53,531 bases of DNA, taken from IMG/VR virus record IMGVR_UViG_3300020045_008912, positions 1-53,531 of that record; one strand, written 5' to 3'. This stretch comes from a virus. Its lineage: Duplodnaviria; Caudoviricetes. The notes beneath the pieces are model-generated. The model did no database searches. It was not told the DNA's origin and saw only the letters and a program-made list of their open reading frames with translations. Position numbers and translations under genes: made by a program. Each line of letters starts with the position of its first letter. Positions within the stretch are counted from its first letter, which is position 1. This document shows, in pieces, positions 45,667 to 53,219 of the stretch.

Positions 45667-46227
45667 TTATTTTATTAATTGCATTAACTCAGCCTTTGCA
45701 CTTGCATCGGTCATAAAAACACCTTTCATACTTGATGTTACCATAGTGCTTTCCTGTTTGGAAGCACCGCGCATCCTCATACACATATGACCAGCCTCAA
45801 TAATACAAGCAGCACCTAACGGCTTCAAATGATCCATCAATGCACTTGTAACCTGTTCACCAATCCTTTCTTGTATTTGCATCCTACGAGCGTATATTTC
45901 CAACAGTCTCGCAAGCTTAGAAATACCAATAATTTTAGTATCAGGAATATACGCAATATGAGCTTTACCAAAAAATGGTAGCATATGATGCTCACACATG
46001 GAATAAAACTCAATATCCTTTAAAAGTATGATTTGGTCATAACCTTCAGCACTAAATGTAGTTAGAACATCCTCAGGATTTTTCGAGTAGCCTGAATAAA
46101 TTTCATCCCATGACTTAATTACACGCCTGGGAGTAGCTAATAAACCTTCCCTTTCTGGATTCTCTCCAATTTTTTCGATAATGTTTGAAAGTATTGCCTT
46201 CAAAACTGGATTTTCACTATTTTGCAT
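45667..46227 (-). CDS. folE: GTP cyclohydrolase I
   Basis: REGLLATPRRV, SMCEHHMLPFFG, GISKLAR, QIQER, HMCMRMRG. Start taken at MQNSE (46227). Confidence 0.96.
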   Translation of the reverse strand: MQNSENPVLKAILSNIIEKIGENPEREGLLATPRRVIKSWDEIYSGYSKNPEDVLTTFSAEGYDQIILLKDIEFYSMCEHHMLPFFGKAHIAYIPDTKIIGISKLARLLEIYARRMQIQERIGEQVTSALMDHLKPLGAACIIEAGHMCMRMRGASKQESTMVTSSMKGVFMTDASAKAELMQLIK

Positions 46228-46900
46228 AAGGCACAGGATCAGTTTGATTAATATTTGCAAAAGCCTCTAAACGTTCAACACAACTGCCGCACTTACCACA
46301 TGCTATAGCTTGGTCCTTATAACAAGTCCTTGTTAAATGGTAAGGCACTGTGAACGCTGTATAATTATAACCATACTCCAAAATACTTGTTTTGTTGTCA
46401 GTTATAAATGGAGTCAACACTTGCACTTTTTTATCTGAAGATAAAAAAATCACAGTATCCAGAGCCTTTATAAATTCGGGTCTACAATCTGGATAAATTG
46501 AATGGTCTCCAGAATGAACACCCAGCGCAATTGCTTCCGCTTGTATGCTTTCGGCAATACCTGCCATAATAGCTGCAAAAATCATATTTCGCCCGGGAAC
46601 CACTGTTTTTTTCATGTTTTCATCTGCATAATGACCTTCTGGAATTTCTCCTCCACTTAAAAGTAGATTTGATTCAAAGGGCTTAAATACTTCCCGCAAA
46701 TCAAATACAGTCACAAATACAGGACTTAAATTCTTTTTGTAGTACTCAGCTACATCCAAAGCGGCTTTATTTTCGTAGGCATTATGCTTGGAGCCGTAAT
46801 TAAACACGCAACAATGTACCTCATAGCCTTGCTCTAGTAAAAAGCCCAAAAGAGTAGCGGAATCCATTCCGCCACTCAATCCTATCACAATTTTTTTCAA
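46217..46900 (-). CDS. queC: 7-cyano-7-deazaguanine synthase
   Basis: LSGGMDS, VPGRNMIF, YPDCRPEF, TRTCY, CGKCGSCVER; TTG start. Confidence 0.96.
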   Translation of the reverse strand: MKKIVIGLSGGMDSATLLGFLLEQGYEVHCCVFNYGSKHNAYENKAALDVAEYYKKNLSPVFVTVFDLREVFKPFESNLLLSGGEIPEGHYADENMKKTVVPGRNMIFAAIMAGIAESIQAEAIALGVHSGDHSIYPDCRPEFIKALDTVIFLSSDKKVQVLTPFITDNKTSILEYGYNYTAFTVPYHLTRTCYKDQAIACGKCGSCVERLEAFANINQTDPVPYAK

Positions 46901-46904
46901 CTGA

Positions 46905-47732
46905 TTACTTTTTGAAAGAAAATACTCCTACCTCATTCGACACCACAAGCTTTTCAAACTTGTTATATTTTGGATTTTTACAATCCGTAAGGATTACTTG
47001 ATGCCCTCCGATTGGCATGTCTGGCCATTTTTCAACCATCATTTCCAATAACTCTTTTTTATTGTATTTTGCTTTTGCAATGAATGGCGCAATAAATGCG
47101 ATGCGGTCCGCTGTAGTTACTTTTGCAGCGCCAACAATTTTCTTAGGCTTTTCAGCTTTTGCAGGGGTTGTCTTTGCTGTTTCTTTTTTAGCAACAGGAG
47201 CCACCTCTTTTTTGGTTTCTTTTACAGGTTCTTTCACAGTTTCTTTTTTACCTGTAGTTTTTGCTTTCTTAGGCTCAATTATTGCCATCATTTCGGAAAC
47301 TAAATCATCCAAATTGAATTTCCCTTTTACAGTTTTACGCAATGAAGCAAATTCCTCATTATTTTTAATAATTTCCTTTAAATCGGAAATTGTGATAGCT
47401 TCCTCAATTTGTTCCTTCAAAGATAACGCCTCCTCCTCTTCACTTTCTTCCTCCTCTTCAGTCTCTTCCTCATTCTCCTCTTCCTCATTCTCCTCCTCTT
47501 CAGCACCGGCTTCCTCTGCATTTTCTTTTAAAGCAGCAATGACATTTTTAACAAGTGGGGTGAGGTCCTCGTCGTCGTCGTCCGTCAATAATTCTGAAGC
47601 CTCTAAAATTGCGGTGGATAATTCTGCCGCACCCAATTTAACATCAATTTGGTCCGCATCTTTTGGGTCAAATAATAAAGCATTTAATTCCTTACCTGCT
47701 TTTTTCAAGTCATTTAATTTTACGTCTTTCAT
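46905..47732 (-). CDS. Acidic/Lys-rich low-complexity protein inserted in the que cluster
   Basis: Poly-Glu tract, then a K/A/E/T-rich linker and a compact C-terminal domain; has its own A/T-rich upstream region. Confidence 0.75.
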   Translation of the reverse strand: MKDVKLNDLKKAGKELNALLFDPKDADQIDVKLGAAELSTAILEASELLTDDDDEDLTPLVKNVIAALKENAEEAGAEEEENEEEENEEETEEEEESEEEEALSLKEQIEEAITISDLKEIIKNNEEFASLRKTVKGKFNLDDLVSEMMAIIEPKKAKTTGKKETVKEPVKETKKEVAPVAKKETAKTTPAKAEKPKKIVGAAKVTTADRIAFIAPFIAKAKYNKKELLEMMVEKWPDMPIGGHQVILTDCKNPKYNKFEKLVVSNEVGVFSFKK

Positions 47733-47864
47733 TTTTTTAATTTTTATGATTAAACAATTTATTTGTTTTTAAATTTTGTCTAGGCTTTTTGCTTTTGACA
47801 TTTCAAAGTAAACAGTTTCCTTCCACATAAAAAAATATTTTTACAATTATTTTTAAAATATTTT

Positions 47865-48641
47865 TTACACGCCTGTTTTTTTATCCCAAATAATAACATG
47901 CTCCCTAGTAGTATAGCGGACATTGTTATTAATTGCAATATCCAAAACAATCTCCCTATTCTTTTCAATTTCCTCCCTAGTTTCCCCCAATGGCATTAAA
48001 ACCACCTGCTTTTTATGGATTAAACGAGTAGACAAAAACAGAGTTTCAATTTCCTCCCAGTCTTTTTGTGAGCTAACCACAAATTTAAACCAACTATTTT
48101 TTAATTTAGAAACACGCTCAATTATTCTGGGAATATGTTGAGACCGCATAGGATTACCCGAATTAGATAGTTTTGGACTATTATTCCAGCAATCTATATA
48201 CTGAGCAAGGAAAGGTGAAGGCATTAATGTACATTCATTTTCAATTTCAATGAAAGGTTTGAAAGAATATCTATCAATAAATGCCTCTATAAATTTAATT
48301 AGCTCCATTTGTTGCTTCAAAGGGCTGCCCCCGGTCAGTACTAAATGTTGACCCTCTCTAAGTTTCCATATTAAATCAAATTCAGGATCTTCCATCAATT
48401 TGAATAACTCGGCAAATGAATATGGATTCCCAAATTTCCAAACTTCCTGAGAATCACACCAAACACAATTTAAAGTGCAATGTTGTAACCGCAAAAAAGC
48501 AGAAGGAAACCCTACAAAATTTTCTCCCTGTATTGTATCACAAAAAAACTCCGAAACCTCCAAATGACCTACATAATCATTATCCATATCCAATTCTTTC
48601 TCGAATGTAGGATTGGCGGCTATTAATGTTTTAGGGCTCAT
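47865..48641 (-). CDS. queE: 7-carboxy-7-deazaguanine synthase (radical SAM)
   Basis: EFFCDTIQGE, FLRLQHCTLNCVWCDS, LTGGSP, SPKL. Start taken at MSPKT, overlapping the queD stop. Confidence 0.93.
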   Translation of the reverse strand: MSPKTLIAANPTFEKELDMDNDYVGHLEVSEFFCDTIQGENFVGFPSAFLRLQHCTLNCVWCDSQEVWKFGNPYSFAELFKLMEDPEFDLIWKLREGQHLVLTGGSPLKQQMELIKFIEAFIDRYSFKPFIEIENECTLMPSPFLAQYIDCWNNSPKLSNSGNPMRSQHIPRIIERVSKLKNSWFKFVVSSQKDWEEIETLFLSTRLIHKKQVVLMPLGETREEIEKNREIVLDIAINNNVRYTTREHVIIWDKKTGV

Positions 48642-48984
48642 ATCTCGCATTGGTTTTAGGAGTTTCCGATACTTCCACCGCACTCACTTGCCACATTAGG
48701 TCCTTAAACTTTACGTAAAAATATTGAGCCATATATTCCGCGGTGGGATTAAAGTTTAAAACATCATTTAAATGTTTATGGTCTAAATGTGTATCTATCC
48801 AATTTTTAATTTTGTCGGATTCTCTGTAGTCTACCACAAATCCCACGGCGTTTAATACAGCATTTGAAAACTCAACTTTTACCACATAATTATGCCCATG
48901 TAGCCTTGTACAAGGATGATCCTCAGCTAAGCCTTTTAAAGAGTGGCTGGCACTGAAATGAAACTCTTTACTAATTGTAAACAT
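48631..48984 (-). CDS. queD: 6-carboxytetrahydropterin synthase
   Basis: FSASH, CTRLHGHNY, LDHKHLN, PTAE, VSETP. Confidence 0.95.
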   Translation of the reverse strand: MFTISKEFHFSASHSLKGLAEDHPCTRLHGHNYVVKVEFSNAVLNAVGFVVDYRESDKIKNWIDTHLDHKHLNDVLNFNPTAEYMAQYFYVKFKDLMWQVSAVEVSETPKTNARYEP

Positions 48985-49027
48985 TTGATTTTATATTTAG
49001 ATTAATACTGAAATTTTTTAAGTTAAT

Positions 49028-49052
49028 AAAAGCTCCCGCCATGAGAGCTTTT
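49028..49052. terminator. Intrinsic terminator-like hairpin upstream of queD
   Basis: AAAAGCTCCC-GCCAT-GAGAGCTTTT; on the minus-strand RNA the stem closes with a U-G pair and is followed by UUUUAUU. Confidence 0.7.
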
Positions 49053-49135
49053 AAATGTGTGTCGTAATTTTTAATAATTAGTAATACATTGTAAACTTCT
49101 CCTTTCTTTTGGTGTATAAAAATGATATAGAGTAA

Positions 49136-49143
49136 CAAAGCTA
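49136..49143 (-). promoter_or_regulatory. -7 promoter element (TAGCTTTG) upstream of the que operon leader
   Basis: Matches TAnnTTTG, with an A/T block upstream similar to the other promoter regions. Confidence 0.6.
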
Positions 49144-49184
49144 TAATAAAAAAACATATTAAAAAATATTTTAAAAATTATTTT

Positions 49185-50750
49185 TTAAAAGTAACTTCCT
49201 AGTAAAGGCCTACCTTTTCTTAGGTTCTGTAGTAAGGTAACTGTATTTTTTACGCTGTAATCTCCTTCCCTTATTATTAACTCATTTAAGCGCAACAATC
49301 CCAAAGCCTTTTCCCTTCCTAAAGGGTCCTGGTTCATCCCATACATAGCAGTAACATGGGCGTACTTTCTTTTATCCTCTGAAAAGTTATCCAATTGTAG
49401 TAAGTTAGTCCTATAAGCTTTTGCATCCGCCTGAGTAGGTGAAATCACTAATGGCAATTTTCCCCCTCTTTTTGTTTGTGATAACCTCCGTAAATCTTTC
49501 CAAATCTGATTTTGTTGGTGTCTAAACTCAGTAGAAAAACTAGGGACTAGTAGGTCCGCATAATCTATTACAATCACATCAGGAATAAATCCATCCGCAC
49601 TTTCCCAAGTGTCCAATTGTTGCTCAATCATTTTAACTGACAAAGTACCATTTGCATGTGTACTAAGTTTAAACCGTCTTTTATTACGATGGAAAAATTT
49701 AATTACCGCCGCCTCAACTTCCTGTACCTCTATAGGTTCCGTTTTCTCAATCTTTTTAACCCAAGGTACTCCAAATTTCCTAGTGTCGTACTCTTTACAA
49801 TTCGAGCAAGGTTTATAATCGTATGCCGACTTATGCAATTCCGAAAGCTCTTTCATGGTAATTAATCGAATTACTTCCTCTCTGGGATCTTCAAAGGGTG
49901 TAAAATTGCATTCCCTTTCCTCTCTGTGACAATCGTCCAACTGTGAATGGATGCAGTCTCTTACAGGCTCATAATGTTCCTCACAATATTTTTCCAAATT
50001 ACTCCTTTTAAGTAAGTAAACACCGATCCTCTTTAGTTGCTCTGCCTCATTCATATCTCCCGCCTGGAAAAATGCTATTTTATTGCGCTGCCGGGAACCT
50101 CTTAAAGCAATTTCCAAAAGTAAGAATGTTTTTCCTCTTTTTTCGGGAGCTAAGAAAGAAATAAACCCACCTCTTACAAATTGAGAATTTAAAAACTGTC
50201 CTAATTGTTTTGGGAATCTTATTAAAGGCGTGTTTGTCTCTTTAAATGCCTTTTTAATCGCTTTTAGAGCATCCTCAGTGGATAAGTCTATACTTTCATC
50301 ACCTGCCGAATTAATCGGTTTAAAATTAGCTCGTAATTCCTCAGCCTCTTTCAATCTTTCCTCAAAATTCCCTTTTCCTTTATCCAGTAAATTATTGATT
50401 TGTTCTGATAGTTGTAATAATTGCCTAGATTTTAAATATCCGTATGTTTCAGATACTAGATAATCCAAATCAAAATCCTCATTTACAAACTCGTCCGATA
50501 AATCGGGTAAAATATCCTCCTCTATTTCCTCCGCAATATCTTTATCCAATCCCTCTTTTGCTTTCTGAAAAAAGATAGTTTCCATTTCCTTATTAGCAGC
50601 TTTTCCATATTTATCAAAATGTGAAATTGCCCAGCCTGCTAACATTCGAGCGGTGGAACTTTCTATTAACATTGAATCCCAAATAGGTCTTATTTTTTTC
50701 AAGTAATCAGTGGAAGTAATTAATCCTATTATTATTTTGCGTTCAATCAT
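49185..50750 (-). CDS. DnaB-like replicative helicase with Cys-rich insertion
   Basis: APEKRGKT Walker A, VIVIDYADL, SPTQA, SEDKRK. Confidence 0.85.
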   Translation of the reverse strand: MIERKIIIGLITSTDYLKKIRPIWDSMLIESSTARMLAGWAISHFDKYGKAANKEMETIFFQKAKEGLDKDIAEEIEEDILPDLSDEFVNEDFDLDYLVSETYGYLKSRQLLQLSEQINNLLDKGKGNFEERLKEAEELRANFKPINSAGDESIDLSTEDALKAIKKAFKETNTPLIRFPKQLGQFLNSQFVRGGFISFLAPEKRGKTFLLLEIALRGSRQRNKIAFFQAGDMNEAEQLKRIGVYLLKRSNLEKYCEEHYEPVRDCIHSQLDDCHREERECNFTPFEDPREEVIRLITMKELSELHKSAYDYKPCSNCKEYDTRKFGVPWVKKIEKTEPIEVQEVEAAVIKFFHRNKRRFKLSTHANGTLSVKMIEQQLDTWESADGFIPDVIVIDYADLLVPSFSTEFRHQQNQIWKDLRRLSQTKRGGKLPLVISPTQADAKAYRTNLLQLDNFSEDKRKYAHVTAMYGMNQDPLGREKALGLLRLNELIIREGDYSVKNTVTLLQNLRKGRPLLGSYF

Positions 50751-50879
50751 AGTTTGTAAATTAAATCAGTTGTTAAATGTAATTTTCCGATTGAGGAAAC
50801 AATCACCTTTTAAATTTTATTGTTATTTCTTAGCACTTGTATTATTTTCTAATTTTGAGAGCTTAAAACGCTATGGAAA

Positions 50880-51503
50880 TTAAATTCGTTTGGATTTGCT
50901 GTTTACAAAAATAACATTCTTTCCGCAATCGTGGTTTATCCTACTTGTAATTCTTGAATCCCCTAGCTTTTCTGCAATTGCATCCAAATCAAAATTGGAG
51001 GTGTACATAGTTGGTTTTAACTGAGCATACCGGTAATTGATTATAAGGTAAAGTACGGAGTAATTCCAATCCGTGCTTTTTTCTGCTCCAAAATCATCCA
51101 ATACCAACAAATCAATGTTTTTGTATTTTAGAATTATTTCGGATTCTGTTTCGTCGGTGCTCACAACATAACTAGGTTTAAAACTGTCTTTAATTTCCTG
51201 TAATAACTCACCTACTGTGGTAAATAAAGCATTGTTATAAATTTTTCCATTCCTGCTTTTCAATCTGCTCCATTCAAGCATGCGCCAGGCGACATTCACT
51301 GACTTACCAACCCCTGCATTTCCGTATATAAAACAGCTTCCTAATTCCTCTTTAAAAGGGGTGAAAGTGTTTGAAATGATTACTTGGTATATTCTTTCAT
51401 CTGCTTTTCTAAGCATTTTTAAAAGCTCTGGTTTTTTCGTTTCATGCCATCTTTGCTCATTGGCTTCCATTATTTCAATGGGAATAATTCTTTGGGTTTT
51501 CAT
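50880..51503 (-). CDS. DnaC/IstB-like helicase loader ATPase
   Basis: GNAGVGKS, LLVLDDFGAE, IINYRY, TSN, RITSRI. Confidence 0.9.
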   Translation of the reverse strand: MKTQRIIPIEIMEANEQRWHETKKPELLKMLRKADERIYQVIISNTFTPFKEELGSCFIYGNAGVGKSVNVAWRMLEWSRLKSRNGKIYNNALFTTVGELLQEIKDSFKPSYVVSTDETESEIILKYKNIDLLVLDDFGAEKSTDWNYSVLYLIINYRYAQLKPTMYTSNFDLDAIAEKLGDSRITSRINHDCGKNVIFVNSKSKRI

Positions 51504-51514
51504 AATTTTATAAT

Positions 51515-52297
51515 TTAAAATGATTCAACACGTCCTTTTCCGTATGTCTCAGTGACACCCGTCCTATTAGTGAATGTGGGTTTATTATAAGTTGGTTTGT
51601 CTTTCAATTCATAGAAATCCGTCCAGCCAGCGTTTACACTGTTTTCCAGAATGGTGAGAGCTTTGGAGTAATTATTATTGGAGAATGTTTGTATTTTGTC
51701 TAATTGTTTGGAAAGTCTTTCAGGATTTATGGAAGCTTTCTTTTTAACTTTCATTGGAAGGTATTCTTTAAACCAAATATGGGAAAATTCATCCTTAAAG
51801 AATGAATATTTTTTATAAAATGGAGGTATTGTTTTTTTGGTTCGAGTGAAATTCTTTTTTGTAATTTTTTCTTTTTTATTATTTAATATATTCTTACTTA
51901 ATATATAATGCCCTTTAGTTTTCGATACCGCTAGCCCTTTAGTTTTCGATAGGGCTAGCCCTAAGTGGTTTTGGGCTTCCAGGGTACTCTCATTTTCAAA
52001 CACTTGTATTAAGGAATCATTGTCCAGTAAGTAAAAAACTTTAGAAGGTAACCCCTCTCTTTTTGAGAGTAAAATATCATCTTCCATTAACTGTTGCATA
52101 CATTTCCTAATAGTGTATTTTTTGATTCCCAAATCCTCCTCAATCTTTTCATAAGTACAGTAAAACCAATCTTGGTATTGTTCTTGTTGTGAACACAAAT
52201 AACCAACCAATATAGCAGTATCCGAGCCATATTTTTTTATTAAGGATTTGTGTGCGAATACCCAATTTCCTTGGGCGAGTAGTGTGGTAATTTGCAT
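51515..52297 (-). CDS. Replication initiator (lambda O/DnaD-like architecture)
   Basis: N-terminal winged HTH (WFYCTYEKIEEDLGI), internal DNA repeats, C-terminal domain (ILENSVNAGWTDFY); directly upstream of the loader. Confidence 0.8.
   Translation of the reverse strand: MQITTLLAQGNWVFAHKSLIKKYGSDTAILVGYLCSQQEQYQDWFYCTYEKIEEDLGIKKYTIRKCMQQLMEDDILLSKREGLPSKVFYLLDNDSLIQVFENESTLEAQNHLGLALSKTKGLAVSKTKGHYILSKNILNNKKEKITKKNFTRTKKTIPPFYKKYSFFKDEFSHIWFKEYLPMKVKKKASINPERLSKQLDKIQTFSNNNYSKALTILENSVNAGWTDFYELKDKPTYNKPTFTNRTGVTETYGKGRVESF
51910..51962. repeat. 24-bp tandem repeats inside the initiator gene (putative origin iterons)
   Basis: GCCCTTTAGTTTTCGATACCGCTA then GCCCTTTAGTTTTCGATAGGGCTA then GCCCT, next to an A/T-rich tract at about 51850-51909. 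Confidence 0.75.
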
Positions 52298-52309
52298 AAT
52301 TTACAGTAT

Positions 52310-52420
52310 TAAAAAAGCCTTTAGATTTCCCCTCCGACAAAGGTACTCTCTAAAGGCTTAAATTTCAATCTTAATTAACCCAAATTAAGTGCATATATGT
52401 CGGTAAGTGCATTTAATCTT
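52310..52420 (-). ncRNA. Putative structured 5' leader of the initiator gene (two hairpins with complementary loops)
   Basis: Hairpin 1 loop has CCGACA. Hairpin 2 (11-bp stem AAGCCTTTAGA/TCTAAAGGCTT plus U-run) has TGTCGG in its loop. Confidence 0.5.
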
Positions 52421-52428
52421 TGCAGATT

Positions 52429-52459
52429 CAAAAATATAAAATTCAATTGAATTACGCAA
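52429..52459 (-). promoter_or_regulatory. Bacteroidota-type promoter (TTG -33, 20-nt spacer, TATTTTTG -7)
   Basis: TTG at 52457-52459 and TATTTTTG at 52429-52436 on the minus strand. Confidence 0.65.
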
Positions 52460-52475
52460 CTAAAAGGGTAAAAAA

Positions 52476-52506
52476 TAACGCTAACATATTAAAAATATTA
52501 GCGTTA
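52476..52506. terminator. Inverted repeat downstream of 52533..52892
   Basis: TAACGCTAA...TTAGCGTTA, followed by a U-run on the minus strand. Confidence 0.55.
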
Positions 52507-52532
52507 CATTGATGTAATTTTTTTTAATAGAC

Positions 52533-52892
52533 TTAACACCACGCTTCCGTTCGCTCTAAAGTTTGCTTGGTTTTCGTATTAGTACCGTACCACGTTATTT
52601 TATTATAGACATTTACCCACCTATCTTTATATCTAAAATTGGCACAGTAAATGAAAATGGGTTTTGAATTTTGTTTAATTAGATACCCACTTTGCATGCC
52701 ACCAGTGGAACATGCAATTCCTACAAAATTTATCGGCAAACGCTCGACAACGTACACAGGCATAACCACTCCCGTTTCCTGTGTAATACTCAATCCAGTT
52801 TCCTGTTTTACGCTAGGCGGAGATTCCGCAAACTGCGGAAATACTAAAGCCGAGAAAAACAACAAAAGGAGAATCCCAATTACTTTTTTCAT
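52533..52892 (-). CDS. Hypothetical protein with signal-peptide-like N-terminus
   Basis: MKK plus hydrophobic VIGILLLLFFSALVF. Confidence 0.6.
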   Translation of the reverse strand: MKKVIGILLLLFFSALVFPQFAESPPSVKQETGLSITQETGVVMPVYVVERLPINFVGIACSTGGMQSGYLIKQNSKPIFIYCANFRYKDRWVNVYNKITWYGTNTKTKQTLERTEAWC

Positions 52893-52954
52893 ACTTGTAA
52901 TTTTTAATTTATTGAATTGTAAATTTATGTAAAATAATTTATAAAAAAAACTTT

Positions 52955-53215
52955 TTAAATTATACCGTATCTCAATTTCATTTTGGATAAATGTTCCTCA
53001 AATTCCTTGATACACCATTCACATGGTGGCAGCATTTTTTTGGAAGCATGACACCGCCCATATTCAAATTGCCAATTAAAGCGAAGGGAAGGCAATATTT
53101 CAATAGTTATGATCCAATAAGCAGGATCCCCCTCTTTACGTATCACTACGGAATTATATTTTTTTACTAATTCCTTTTTTAAATCCTCGAGTAATAAATT
53201 TACTTCATTTTCCAT
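52955..53215 (-). CDS. Hypothetical protein
   Basis: 86-aa ORF directly after the primase stop. Confidence 0.6.
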   Translation of the reverse strand: MENEVNLLLEDLKKELVKKYNSVVIRKEGDPAYWIITIEILPSLRFNWQFEYGRCHASKKMLPPCEWCIKEFEEHLSKMKLRYGII

Positions 53216-53219
53216 AATT

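Noticed and set aside
47780-47968. 62-aa minus-strand ORF overlapping the queE end
   Set aside because: It runs through the A/T-rich promoter-like block and overlaps queE out of frame; likely spurious.
48985-49135. preQ1 riboswitch upstream of queD
   Set aside because: I could not find the class I pattern (short stem with a GUUC-type loop and A-rich tail). An Rfam search would be needed to exclude other classes.
49740-50000. Intein in the DnaB helicase
   Set aside because: The insert is short and lacks the C-terminal His-Asn followed by Cys/Ser/Thr, and has no homing endonuclease motifs.
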